Part shown: positions 51,405 to 64,000 of the stretch, in pieces | Numbering within the stretch: the stretch's first letter is position 1 | How the letters are laid out: every line of letters begins with the position of its first letter | Assembly: GCA_964016885.1 (NCBI GenBank) | Contig: OZ024740.1 | Span: 50,468,001 to 50,532,000, forward strand | Reading direction: 5' to 3' | DNA length: 64,000 bases | Source: Eledone cirrhosa | Lineage: Eukaryota | Notes under the pieces: model-generated | The model's input: only the letters and a program-made list of their open reading frames with translations | What the model was told of the DNA's origin: nothing | Databases searched by the model: none | Translations under genes and position numbers: made by a program

Positions 51405-52239
51405 AGAGTTTACATTGCAATCATGAGATCTCAGGTTCAACCCTCACCCCTACTGCATAGTATCTTGCACAAATATATTTTACCATTGCTTTAGGTTAAA
51501 CCAACCAAGCCCTGTGAATGAAACTGGGTAGACAAAAATAGTCTGAAAGTTCAATGGATAGCCTGCACCTCTAATTCAAAGTGCTAGCTTTGTTACATAC
51601 TGTGTCATGCTGATTCTGTAGAGAATTATGTGAAGGCAGTATATATCTGTGGAATATTCAGCCACATACTCTATAATTCCATAAGTAGGTAGTTCAGTTG
51701 GTTGAACAACTGGAATAAGTTTCCTTGAAACGAATAGAGATCTAGTTACATTTTACAAGACTGTATATATATTTGTGCATACATGCAATACACTGTATGT
51801 GTATGTATGCAAGATGTTTGTCTCAGGATCATAAAGTTATGAATTCAATTCGCCATGGTGCATTGTGTCCTTGAGCAAGACTTGAATTCAAGTTGCTCCA
51901 GTCCACTCAGCTAGCAAAAATGAGTTGTACTTGCAATTCAAAGGGCCAGTCTTGTCACACAGTGACAGGCTGAATCTCTGAATGTCCTTGAGAACTACAT
52001 TAAGAGTACACATGTCTATGGAATGCACAACCTCTTACAGGTTAATTTGCAGGCTGATATGTTGCTTGAATCAACTGGAACACTTGTCACTGGAACCACT
52101 GGAGATCCAATACAATGTATATATGACCGTTATATTTATTCTTGTATAAATGCATGTCTCTGCAGAGCATAGTAAGGAAACATGGTTTTCTCCCTTTCTT
52201 CTTGTGTTCCACAACAAAATTAATAAACAAAATGTAAGT

Positions 52240-52800
52240 TAACCGACTTCTCCCCCCAAAATTGTTGGCCTTGTGCCTAAATCAGAAACCATTATTATTA
52301 TTACTACCAAAGGTGGCAGATAATGCTTTGTAGCATTTAGTTACGACCCTTTAGGTTCTGAGTTCAAATCCTGCCGAGGTTGGCTTTGCCTTTCATCCTT
52401 TACAGGGTCGATAAAATAAAGTACCAGTCACGCAGTGGTGTCAATTTAATCGACTTTCCCCTCCCCTAAAATTGTTGGTCTTGTGCCTAAATCAGAAACC
52501 ATTATTATTACTACCGTCATCATTACCGCCTAGTGGTAAGGGTGTTGGACTTACGATCATAATGTTGTGGGTTCGATTCCTGGATTGTGTTGTGAGCAAA
52601 ACACTTCATTTCACATTGCTTCAGTATACTCAGCTGAAAATGAGTACCAGCAATAGCTGGGGGTTTAACCCTGTGATGGACTGGCGTCCTGTCCAGGGGG
52701 GGGGGGGGGGGAGAGTCTTGTATTCTCAGTCGCTTCATGCCATGAAACCGGGATAAGCACCGGCCAAATGAGCCTTTTGGCTTAAGACAGACTTTAGACA
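52240..52800 (+). mobile_element. SINE cluster (Nin/Deu-like copies followed by a CORE-like SINE)
   Basis: B boxes gagttcaaatcc and ggttcgattcc; family cores present. Confidence 0.75.
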
Positions 52801-54166
52801 TCATTACCACCACCACTACTACAGCTATTTATGTAAGAAGTGATTTTAGCAAAGTGTTAAGTGAGACTATGATTGCAAAATAAAGAATTTGAGATAGTGT
52901 CAAAGAAAATATGAGTTTCCTGTTGGCTCGTGTCCTTATCTATTTAACATTTGAAGTGGCTGTCACCTAAGTGTTTCAAGTTTCAGGTCACTTCACTCAT
53001 TTAAGCTGTTAATAATACAATGTAGCTGTCTTTCAAATTATCAATTTTGTTTTTCTTCAATAAATGAAGAAAAAAACAAACAAACAAAAAAAAACAACTA
53101 AAAGACAAAACAAATCTGTACTATAATAAATATCAGTTCTCCATTAACTCTGCAACAGTATAAACCAAACAGGAACTATACCAACATAGGTCAGTTATCT
53201 TAATATTTTGGTCGGTAATGTCTTAAAATGGCTACTATATCTACCATTTCTCCTCAAATTAACAAATAAAAAGAGAAAAGACAATGAATTAAAGACAATG
53301 AACATAACGTAACAAAGGTTCTTACATAAAATTATGATGGAAGCCTGCTCATATCACTGCTTTCCCAGCATGGCTGACAACAAAATGAGTACTCTAGTGT
53401 CAATAAGTGGTAGTGCTGGTGCCACAACAAAATGTAAACACTGTAAATAGGTAGCGCTGGTGCACCAATAAATGCTCCCAGCCTACTCAGTAAAGTGGCA
53501 GTATTGGTGCCACGATAAAAAGCAATGGTAGTGGCTGTGCATGCTGTCAAGTAGTTGGCATTAGGAAGGCATCTAGCTATAGAAACCATGCCAGAATAGA
53601 ACTTTTAAGAGAGAGAGTCATCTGAAATATATCTGGCCCCTGAACGTGACAACCCATCTAACTCATGCAAATATGGAAAATGGTGGTTGTGGTGATGATG
53701 ATGATGATGAAAGTTTTTCTATCTAGCACCCAGTCTACTATGTAAGGGGGTTGAGCTGATGTCACTAGATAAAAGCACCCAGGCCATCCTGTAAGATGGT
53801 TGTGCTGGTGACATGACAAAAAGCACCCATTCCACCCTGTGAGGTGGTCATATTATTGACAAAAAGCACTCAGTTTGTAATGTGGTCATGCTACTGACAT
53901 AATGAAACAAATCTATTGTCACATAACGTGATAACCCATCTAACTCATGCAAGCGTGGAAAAATAGACATTAAATGATGACAATGATAATGATGATAACA
54001 TATATGTGTGTCTGACTCTTTGCATCTTTATATCAGCACGATCTAATGCAAGCAGTGATATTTGTTCATGCCAATAAATACATCCCAAGGCTAGCTGGTT
54101 TGACGAAGATAAATGGAATACACCATACTTAAAAAAAACAAAGTATGGTGTATAGCTTATACACTT

Positions 54167-54206
<40 letters not shown>

Positions 54207-54210
<4 letters not shown>

Positions 54211-55830
54211 AGACCAAAAGATGGTTAAAGGAGTTCCATATATTTTATTATGCGCATTTCAAAAACAACATCATCAAGCAATAATATTTGTGTTTTCATC
54301 AGATAAAACAGGAGAACATGATATGAAGGCTAAAAAACACTTGTGGATAGTGCAGTTTTAAATCAACATATGAAAAATGGTTTTAGATTGATGTGTGATA
54401 TTGGGAAAAATATTTTATTTAGAGAGGGGGGGGGGATGAAAGGGGAGGAGATGAGAGGGAGAGATGGGTGATAGAGAGAAAGAGATAGTTTTTATAACTG
54501 AGAAAAAGATATATTGTTTTAATATAGAGAGGTTGGGAACCGTTGGAAGATAATGTATAAATTAAAGGAATTTGAAAATTAACGAAGGGAAATTATGTAT
54601 GAAGATAGAGAGAAAAAAATAATAATTGTGGGTGAATATTCTAACGTCAAAAGAAGAAATGTATGTATTGTGGCAATTTCAAAATTAGCGAAGAGAAAAA
54701 TTGTTAAGGTTTGTGTGTAGAAGGATTTGAGAAAAATAATGTGAAGTTAAAGTTTGTATACGATATGTGCGAATAAAGAGTTAATATGTATTAATAATGA
54801 GTTCGTTGATGGGGAGAAAAAAAAATAATAATAAATTAAGGATGAAATTGAGATTAAAAAGATTTATGATAGAGAGAAAAAATAATAATGATTGCGGATG
54901 AATATTCAAGTGACAAAAACAAATGCTATGATTTTACGAGAAGATAGAATGAGGGTAATGAGTAAACGAGTATTATAGAGTGTATAGTGCCCTTTAAAGT
55001 AAGGTAGATGGGTATATTTTAAAGAGGTGTATGTATATGTGCCTTTGAGAAAAGATTCTAAATTGATAAAGAATTGAATATTAACTGTATACTTTGTGAA
55101 AAGTTCTATGGAATTTATGCAGGCAGATAGAAAACAAATCTGAGCGTCTATTTATTATAGAATCTAGGTTAGAAATAATGGTAAATTTTTCATTTAGGCA
55201 GAGATTACAGATTTTAGATAGAGAGCTGTTCAAGTATGAGGATGCAGAAGAAATCTTCTTCTAAAAGATGGTATATTTAATGTTTTTGTCTTTTAAGGAC
55301 CATATGAGTTCTGAGAGAGCAGTGTTAGTTCTTTTAAGTTTGTATTTGAAAGATGAATGATGATTATAGAGACGAGCTTTAAAAGAGGTGGAAGTGGAGC
55401 CAAAATAGGTGAAGGAATTGGTGCTAGTTATAATTTTACATTCATAAATTAAGTTTTTATCGAGGCAATGGTTGTTGAGAGGACATTTATTTTTAATGCG
55501 GCAGTTGCAATTAGAGAGATTATTAATGAGTGATCTAGTGTTATCTATAGAAGGAATTGGATTGGAGAAGTTGTTTGCAATAGGAATAATAGTTTCTTGA
55601 TTTAGAGTTGTATTATGAACATTTAGCGAAGTTGTGTTTGACGTTGTATTTGGGTTTACAGAAGTTAGCCTAGGATTTACAATGACGTCGGGAGTACTAT
55701 TACTGTTATTATGAAATTCAATATTGGAAGGAAGAGATTTAGTATTTAATATTTTGTTGTTGTGTTTAGAGATGATGTTGGAAATATTGGAGGATGTAGA
55801 ATACACCATCAAATTTTCGTATTCTACATC
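54207..55830 (-). mobile_element. 5'-truncated Penelope-like element (Naiad-type GIY-YIG endonuclease plus 3' region)
   Basis: CNC-x5-CPL-x3-C, LIY..YFG, FKARLYNH, TALSELIW. After one TAG (55261-55263) the frame continues CNLCLNEK...NRRSDLFSICLH to TAA 55081. Confidence 0.85.
54241..54310 (-). ncRNA. Type I minimal hammerhead ribozyme
   Basis: UGUUUUAU-CUGAUGA-[stem II]-GAAA-UGCGCA-UA|AUAAAAUA. Full catalytic core, 8-bp stem I, palindromic stem III; predicted cut between 54249 and 54248. Confidence 0.85.
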
Positions 55831-56088
55831 CTCCAATATTTCCATAGATATCCATAGATAAAAAGTATTAAAATGGCTTCTCCACTATACAGTGGTGACC
55901 ATAACTGGACCCCCAAAACCTAAGAGTATGTATGAAATTTTAATTATACTCTCATATATATATATATATAATATATGAAAGAGTCAGGACCCCGACGGCT
56001 GAGCTCTTGCAGTTTCATATTACCACACTCCAAGTATCGAGTACTCTGGTGAGTAATGGTCTAAAAGGTTTTTACTACATATATATAT

Positions 56089-56423
56089 GGAGGCACATGG
56101 CTTAGTGGTTAGAGCATTGGCCTTGCAATCGAAAGGTTGTGAGTTCAATTCTCAGACCGGGTGATGTGTTGTTTCCTTGAGCAAGACACTTTATTTCACA
56201 TTGCTCCAGTTTACTCAGCTATAGAAATGAGATGATAGGGACTGGGGTCCCTATCATTCCACTGTAAAGTGGTCGTGTAGGCGCCACGGGAAAAAAGCAC
56301 CCAGCACTCACTGTAAATGAGGTTGGTGTTAGGAAGGGCATCCAGCTGTATAAATCAAGCCAGAATCAGTTCCTGTCCCACCCTTGCAAGCAGGGAAAAG
56401 TGGACGTAAAATGATGATGATGA
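56089..56423 (+). mobile_element. Composite SINE: tRNA head + CORE-like domain + RTE 3' tail
   Basis: A box TGGCTTAGTGG, B box GAGTTCAATTC, ccttgagcaagacactt core, tail ggttggtgttaggaagggcatccagc...(GAT)n; flanked by (TA)n. Confidence 0.9.
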
Positions 56424-56913
56424 TATATATATAAATATATATATATATAAGATCAACCTATACATTTACTATATTATAAAAAAACTCTTACATGGCTTAA
56501 ATTTCCCAAAACATCTTTAAAATTGAGAAGACCTACAGAAATCTAAATGTCATGACATCATGACCCACATACAAAATAGAATCTCTATAGCAAGAACAAT
56601 GTTTAAATACTGAATTTAGAACAACATGACATCAAATGTTTGAATATAGACAAAGAACAGACTTGGCTGCGTCTTTAAGAAGCTAGCTCTGCATTTATAT
56701 AGTTCTGGGTTCAGTCCTACTGTATGACAACTTGGCTAAGTGTTTTCTATTGTAGCTTTGAGTTGACCAATCCCTTGTGAATGAAATTTGGTAGACTGAA
56801 ACTCTCTGAAAGCCTGTCACATATATATATATATATATCATCATCACCATTTAATGTCCACTTTCCCAGCCATTAAATACATATGTGATGCTGCTTATAT
56901 ATATATATATATA

Positions 56914-57500
56914 CTAGCAGTGGTATATATATATATATGCACGGATAAGGTATTTTGGAACGCAGGCGCCAACAGATCTAATTGTGGAAAAACTGAATGC
57001 CTGGACAATATGTAAAGAAAATAAACCGAATACTCTGATGGCTGGATAATCTTTAAGATTTTCCTCGATGAAGCAGGAAAAATGCAGGTTTTCACCTAGG
57101 GGATCAAGAAAATAAATTTTTTTTATGTGCATAATATGCCTTGAAATTTCAGGAAACTTGGCTAGATGTAACGCCTCCAAAAAGCCCTAAAAAAATGAAG
57201 TTTTTCACCTAATGCGGGCCCTAGGCCATAAAAAAGTTGGATTTTCTTTGTTCACGGTATGAAGAAGAGACTGACTAATATATAGTTACAATATCAAGGA
57301 AATCGGTCTGACATAACACCTAAAAAAAAACCTAAAAAGCTTAAAAAACATGGTTTTTCACCCAATACGGCCCTTAGGAGATCAAAAAGTAATACACGTG
57401 TAAAGTTTTTTAAAAATCGGTTGGGTACTTCGAGTTTTAGGGATTCAAACTCAGACACACACAGACAGACACCCTCAGGGAAGTGATGTAATATGTATGT
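56914..57500 (-). mobile_element. Non-autonomous Helitron-like element
   Basis: CTAG terminus at 56914-56917 in an AT context, internal short repeats (gttttcaccta...), and aagttt..aaaatcggt..acagacagac block near the other end, as in Lep1/DINE-type elements. Confidence 0.5.
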
Positions 57501-57770
57501 TTCTATCTAAAAAGAGAAAGACTAAGAATTATAGAGAGAGATCGCTAAATCGCCTAATGTTTCTGTGTTTGACACCATACCATGTCCATGTCAAACAACA
57601 ACAACAACAAAATCAAACCATGTTGTGTCAAAGATGCAATTTAGTCAATTAATAAAATAAGTGGAAAACTAGAATAAATATATGTGACCCTATTATTCAC
57701 TAAAAACCTTGGCAGCAGTCACCAGTAGGGCTGCAATACAATGACTGGAGGTATATAAAAAGGAAATTTG

Positions 57771-57965
57771 AAATTGGCCGATGGTTTGCTTCTAAGCATT
57801 TGATTGGTTACCTCTAATGAGATTGGCCCATGGTTTGCTTCTAAGCATTTGATTGGTTACCTGTGATGGGATTGACCCACAACTTGCTTCTAAGCATTTG
57901 ATTGGTTACCTCTAATGAGATTGATCCATGGTTTGCTTCTAAGTATTTCATTGGTTACTTCTAAT
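57771..57965. repeat. 49-bp minisatellite, ~4 copies, CCAAT-rich
   Basis: Unit tggtttgcttctaagcatttgattggttacctctaatgagattggccca. Confidence 0.9.
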
Positions 57966-58728
57966 AATGATTTCTACTATAGGCACAAGGCCAGACAATT
58001 GGGTAGGGTGGGGGTCGATTAAATTTACCCCAGTGTATTACTGGTGCTTTATCTATCGACCCCGTAAGGATGAAAGGTAAAGCTAACCTCAGCGGGAGTT
58101 GAACTCAAGTTACCTCTATTGATAATTCTATGACTTGATTTTGTGCAAAAATCTTGAACAATAGTTTTCAACTATGTCAAAGGGTTCTGCAATATGACAT
58201 CATCATCGCCGTTTAACTTCTATTTTTCCACGCTAGCACGAGTTAGAGGAGTTGTCCTGTTGTGGGCAATGCCAGATTAGGTGACCATGTCTTGCTCATA
58301 CAGAACTGATTTTGGCTTGATTTCTACAATTAGATGCTCTTCCTAACGCCAACCTCATTTACAGTGTGAAGTGGGTGCGTTTTGTCATGACACGTACATG
58401 ACCACTTTACAATGTGGAGTGGGTGGGTTTTGTCATGACACCACATGACCACTTTACAGAGTGGAGTGGGTGGGTTTTGTCATAACACCTACATGACCAC
58501 TTGGAGATGAAAAAGACGACTGGCACATAGTGTAAAAGTAAATATTGAAATATTTCTTATTTCTAAAAGATCAGGTTAATCAGTTCATAATCATCATCAT
58601 CGTCCACTTTTCCATGCTTGTACGAGTTGGATGAGATATTTGAAACAATGCTTTACAGCCAGATACCATTTCTGATAGCAACCTTTTAAGTCACCTTATA
58701 CGACATGCAGGAATATAGTGTATCTATT

Positions 58729-58785
58729 CTAAGAACCAAGTGTTATTGATTTAACATTTTGTTGGTTGGGACTGGGGCTCAAATT
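58729..58785 (-). CDS. Candidate alternative terminal exon NLSPSPNQQNVKSITLGS*
   Basis: Strong acceptor ttttgtttctttcag|, 84-nt intron after the 58870 donor, phase 0, stop TAG at 58731-58729. Confidence 0.4.
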   Translation of the reverse strand, partial: NLSPSPNQQNVKSITLGS

Positions 58786-58869
58786 CTGAAAGAAACAAAA
58801 CAAAACAAAAAATATCAACAAACAACAAACAAAACTTTTCTAAACAAAAAAATTATCAATGTTACTTAC

Positions 58870-59089
58870 AGATGATGGTCCAGAACCAGAAGAAGCAGGT
58901 GGAGCGGGTGGAGCGGGTGGAGCAGGTGGTGGTGGTGGTGGAGGAGGTGGTGGAGGTGGTGGTGTAACAGGTTTCGATGGCACAGGTGAAGCAGGTTTTG
59001 GTGCAGGAACTGATGGTTGAATTGTTGGTACTGGTGTAGTTGAGTTAATATTCAACTTATTGATATCTAACACACCATCAGCAGAATTC
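58870..59089 (-). CDS. PDLIM: Proline-rich exon of the PDZ-LIM/Zasp-like gene (long isoform)
   Basis: Acceptor ctttttcag|, donor TCT|gtaagt, 220 nt, phase 2 to 0. NSADGVLDINKLNI...P12...SGSGPSS; compatible with exon 11629. Assignment to the same gene is an inference. Confidence 0.75.
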
Positions 59090-62000
59090 CTGAAAAAGTT
59101 TAAGTTCAGTTGTTCAGTTAAAAAGACTCAAAATGTTGAATACAATGTTGTTTTATTAAAAAATTGGACACAGTATTACAAGAAATATTATATATTGTTT
59201 TACATGATTTTTTTGTTTATTTATTATTTTTTTTACACAATCCTATTACATTATAAATAAAAGGGGGCCAAATTAGCATAGTTTCAGAATGTTAGATGGA
59301 ATGTTTTGTGATATTTGTTCCAGCTCTCTATGCTATGAGTTCAAATCCTGCCGTGGTCAACTTTGTCTTACTTCCTGGTACATACCAGTCAATTATTGGA
59401 ATCGATTTTTCTCTCTTTCTTTCTCTCTCGCTCAGAATTGTAACATTGCACTGATAGAAGGTTTTCTAATGGTATTTTTTCATGATTTTTTTATTTGAGT
59501 AATTAATTTCTTCTATCTGAGATAGATCAAGGCTTTTGAAAAGTTATGAACATCTTATAACTTTTAATGTGCATTAGCTTAGTCCAACTAATATTACAGT
59601 GTCTGTAATATTAGAACAGACAGAAGATCCTCTTGACATAATTAAATACTCCTGAGAGCAACCCATATTCTAAGAGTTGGTGATTGCAGATGATGGAATG
59701 GCTCTCTATTGATTTTGACATTGAGTATTCCAGTTGTTCAATCAATGGATCAGCCAGTTGTTCAATCATAAAATTAATGTGCAAGGGGCCGAGCATTCTA
59801 CAGGCAAGTGTACCCTTTAAGTAATTCAGAGGAGATTCAGTGTGATACAGTGTGTGACAAGGCTGGCATGTTGACATACAGGTACAATCCATCCAATGGG
59901 CTTCCAAACAGTTTACGCCCACTCAATTTCACTCACAAGGCATGGATCAACCCAAGGTTATGGTAAATGACACTTGCTTAAGATGCCACACAGTGAGATT
60001 AAACCTGGGACCTAATGATTGAGAAGTGAACTTTCTAACCATTCTGCAATGCTGTGTTCACAACAGATGATTATAATAATATTGTAAATGCAAGTGATGT
60101 AGAGTAGTGGTAAGCTCCTGAACCACGAGACTCATGAGAAGTAGGTACAATTCTTGGTTGAGCCATTTCTCTTTATTTAATCCTCAATCCTGTAATTTCC
60201 TGCCATAGTCAAGGATTTGGACTTGACTAAGCTAACTTGCTTTTGCTAAATGACACGAAGACAAAACTTTTCATTAAAGGTTATAAGATACTTTTATTTA
60301 CAATATGCTGTAAAGTTCATAACTTTCCAAAAGCTTTGATCTATCTCAAAAGAAATTAATTAACTCTAATTAGAAATCATGAAAAAAAAACAACAGATAT
60401 ATTTTACCTTGACAATTGTTGTTTAGGTCAATGTCAGTACTGATCAAGTAAACCTATGATCAAAGGTACTCCAGCCATAACCACCCCATTGTTTTGCTAT
60501 GTTACAGGGAATACAAGACCACATTATCCAATGTCATTTTTTAAGACAGAAGGGTGTGATTTGAGGGAGATTTGGTAAGGTTATAGCAATCTGCAAATGT
60601 GATCTAGCTTACACTCTCATTCACATAGCCTCTGTTTAAAACTTATCTGGTATTGCTTTTTCCTTTTGCTGTTGTAACAGTTACTATTTTTCCTTAAGAG
60701 TTGGCAAATAAATAAAACCTAAAACAGTTGATCCTGAATGTAAGATTCATGCCCAACATGGGAGTAATTTGAATATTTTGTGAATTTTGAAGATAAGACA
60801 ATTCTAAATGCTATAATTTTACCTAATATTGTAAATTTAAAATGGTATAATTAAACTCGTTTATTTAGGAACCACTAAATTAAAATAATCCCACTAGTTC
60901 CTGGCCAGGGAAATAGAATGAAAGCTGAATCTAAGAAGTCAAAAAGAACAGTTCTGACTTAGGGGTAAGTTAAGCTAAACTCCACCTGTTGCCTAATATT
61001 TCCTCTCTAACAAGACATATGATGTTTTGTCAATAATTGCTATAAAAGTTTATTATGTAATTATCTAGAAGAGAATATGGTAAATCTCAAGTAAGAGAAT
61101 ATAACATAAATATAGTTCTCAAGTGTGTAACATGACTGGATTTAAAATTTAGAGAAATACTTTATACAATATAGCATAATAGTTGTGGCATAATAAAAAT
61201 AACAACTGAATTTAGAATCAAATTAACATTTAAAATAGATTTATCAACATCATTAAATATTTGAAATTATTTTTGGTTTTTAAACAAACTGTTTTTAATA
61301 AAACTGTTCAGGAATATATAGAGGATTAATTAATATTAAATGTTAAAAACAAACAAAAACAATATGGCAGAACATATCAAAACATTAAAAGAATATTGAA
61401 CAGAGCAAAAAATAAGAATTATCAAAAGAATAAAGAAAATAATAAATATCCAAATTATCAGTAGAAAAAGAACAGTAACATTGTTAGCAAAATATATAAC
61501 ATTTTCCAGTGAATTTGGTATTAACTCCCTGTAATGATTTAGCAAAAAATATCTAAAAAGTACATCACATGGACAGACTGTCCATGTGATGTAGTTATAG
61601 TACTTCTTTGTATTTTTCAAGAATGTCTTGCTAATACAGTTTTGTGTGGTATAGTATGTTAAGAGTTAATAAAGAAATAAAATACATTCTTTATAAAAAA
61701 TATGAGCAAAAATAGAAAATGTTCAATGTGGCTTCATTCTATACAACAATTGAAAGATATCATTCTCACACACTTTTCTGTTTTTCTTAACTCATATTTT
61801 ATTATAATTTAAAAACAGATCCAATTTAATGGTGTTTACCATGGACAGTAAGTAACAGACCATTAACGGGCGATTTGACAATTCAGGTAAGTGGTAGATA
61901 ATTATTTCATATATTTTATGAATCCATTCTTTTACCTTAAGAAGGTGATACATTTTACCACCAAAAACAACCAAACTAAATAATAACAATCAACTACTAG

Positions 62001-62844
62001 ATGTAAAATGATGATGATGATGTTGAAATAAATAGGTTTGATGCCATTAGTGTAAAAAAAGTGTTTGAATCAAACATGTTTAGATAATTAACTCTTAATA
62101 ACCTGATCGACATGAAACCTCATTAGCAAGACATTCTTCAAAAGCACAAAACATTATGGCTGCATAACATCATAATTGAATTAGTTTACTGTAAATTTTT
62201 ACAATGATCTATCCACTAATTAACAAATTGTTTTTAGATATTTTCTGCTAAATCATTAAAGGATGTTAAGAGTTAATTAATATTAGCTCCTTAAGTATGA
62301 AATGTCCAACTTGAAATCAAATATTTCATACCTAATGACCTGATATATGAAAAAGAAGAGTTCCAAATATTTTTGATGAATAAACATGATCAGTTCTGGA
62401 AGTAATCCAACAGACCATTCTATTAACATTTCTATCTATGCTCAAATTATTACAATGGAGCATGCTGGTCAAATATTTAGGCCCTTATCTAAGGATAATA
62501 AGGGAGATTTGACTGCAACTTGTGCAGGTTAATTGACTATGTAGTCCCCTTATTAACTTTAAAAAAAAAAGGCAAATTATTGTTGCTGTTTAGCCCTGGG
62601 TCAATACTGATTGAGCAGACTTATAATTAAAGGCTGGAATAGATCAGTCAATTGATTCTCATTCACATCCAGAGTTTTCTCCCCATGTCACCCTCCCCCA
62701 CCACTACGTTAAGCTAATGTGGAAGTTTCACTAGCAACATTGCCCCACAGATAGAAGGCAGTGCCCACCAGACGACCTTCTTCATGCAACTAGCATCTGG
62801 AATTTTGTTTTGTTATTCACTTGACCCAATAGTAGTTTCTAATG

Positions 62845-63200
62845 GTTTCTAATTTAGGCATAAAGGAAGAGTTGATTACATTGACCTCCCAGAAGGATGA
62901 AAGGCAAAGGTGACCGCAGCAGGATTTGAACTCAGAACATTAAGAACCAGAATAAATACTTATTGCATCCAACAATCTAACGCCTCTGTCCAACCACTAG
63001 CCTTCTCTTGACTCAATAATGATTTTTAACTTTGGCACAACGCCAGTAATTTGAGGGAGGAGAAAGTTGATTAAATCGACCCCAGTGTTTCACTGATACT
63101 TTATTTTATCAACTCAGAAGGATGAAAGGCAAAGTTTGACCTCGGTGGAATTTGAACATTTTGTTTGGTGCTCTACAGATTCTGAAAATCCACCATCCTT
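62845..63200 (-). mobile_element. Tandem degenerate Nin/Deu-like SINEs
   Basis: Two ggatgaaaggcaaag..atttgaac cores; another copy at 63560-63760. Confidence 0.7.
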
Positions 63201-64000
63201 GCTTGAAATAATAATAATATCACAGATAGTTTTCATTTTCTCTAATTCTAAGATCAGAACATTAAACTTTTTACTCCCCTGGGATTAATAAAACCTTAGG
63301 TAAATGAGTATAAGTGTAATGTTAGAAGTCAAGTAAACATTGACAGGCTATCTTCAGTTATCTTATTTAATAAATTCAATCTTCCTCCATTTGAGATAAG
63401 ACATACCTGCAGCTAATTAAAAGGTTTGGTGGTAATGTCAGGCACACATCACTACTGCCAGACAGATGCGTGAAGTGAATCCTCTTCTCAAAACAGACAA
63501 TAAATTTGATCTCTTGCCTGTAATATTTTATTAAAGAAGCCATGTGATAAATGTTATAATGGTTTCCAATTTATCCACAAGGCCACCATTTTGGTGGTGT
63601 TAGTGGTGAAATCAATTACATTGACCCCAGTGCTTGACTGGTACTTATTTTATCAACTCCGGAAGGATGAAAGAAAGGTAAAGATGGGATTTGAACTCAA
63701 GGTGGGATTTGAACTCAAAACATAAAGGGCTGTAAGTAAACACCACAAAGCATCTTGTCCATCCTAGATTGGTATTTCTTCTTAATAAATCCCCTTAAGA
63801 AGTTGTTGCCAGAAAATCCTAACTTCAGTTGATGAATCAGAAATTGGAAACTCATAATTATGTGTTTACATTTGGACTGCAAGCCAAAACACCCACTAAT
63901 TGTATGGTGGTCCCACTACTTACGGTTTTGAGTAGTATCTATGTATGATAATGCTACAACTAGGTGGACTGAAACAGTGGATTAAGTGTCTTGGTCAAGG

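Noticed and set aside
55981-56075. Possible second hammerhead or SECIS between TA runs (GAAACTGCA on minus, CTGGTGA on plus)
   Set aside because: The core halves lie on opposite strands and the stems are inconsistent; at most a rearranged remnant.
56089-56160. tRNA gene
   Set aside because: tRNA-like head of a SINE with no proper acceptor stem; continues into the SINE body.
57771-57965. CRISPR-like array
   Set aside because: Tandem units without unique spacers, eukaryotic context, no cas genes.
61336-61620. Hydrophobic 94-aa ORF resembling a membrane protein
   Set aside because: Product of T-rich low-complexity sequence; no motif or splice support. The same applies to most other short ORFs in the track.
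63407-63517. 111-nt open, phase-2 symmetric AG..GT segment on minus that could precede exon 59089
   Set aside because: Poor pyrimidine tract, and the peptide is not PDZ-like.

Overview
AT-rich, repeat-dense eukaryotic DNA. The SINE/RTE content resembles an octopod cephalopod (inference). The whole window lies inside a minus-strand PDZ-LIM/Zasp-family gene. Five frame-compatible coding exons are visible (59089-58870, 11629-11565, 6051-5915, 1905-1692, 30-1), plus an internal alternative first exon (ATG 36521). The gene carries the QSRSF (AM) and YNTPIGLYS (ZM) motifs; PDZ and LIM exons lie outside the window. The introns hold a near full-length RTE LINE whose only stop is a TAG at a conserved Trp, a Penelope/Naiad-type GIY-YIG fragment with the same lesion and an intact minimal hammerhead ribozyme in sense to the host gene, tRNA-derived SINEs, piggyBac- and Tc1-type MITEs, a Helitron-like element and minisatellites. 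A repeat-free island at about 24.5-26.05 kb looks like a nested non-coding micro-exon gene with a TOP/ribosomal-protein-type promoter (possible snoRNA/miRNA host). Repeat boundaries are approximate, and no database search was run.
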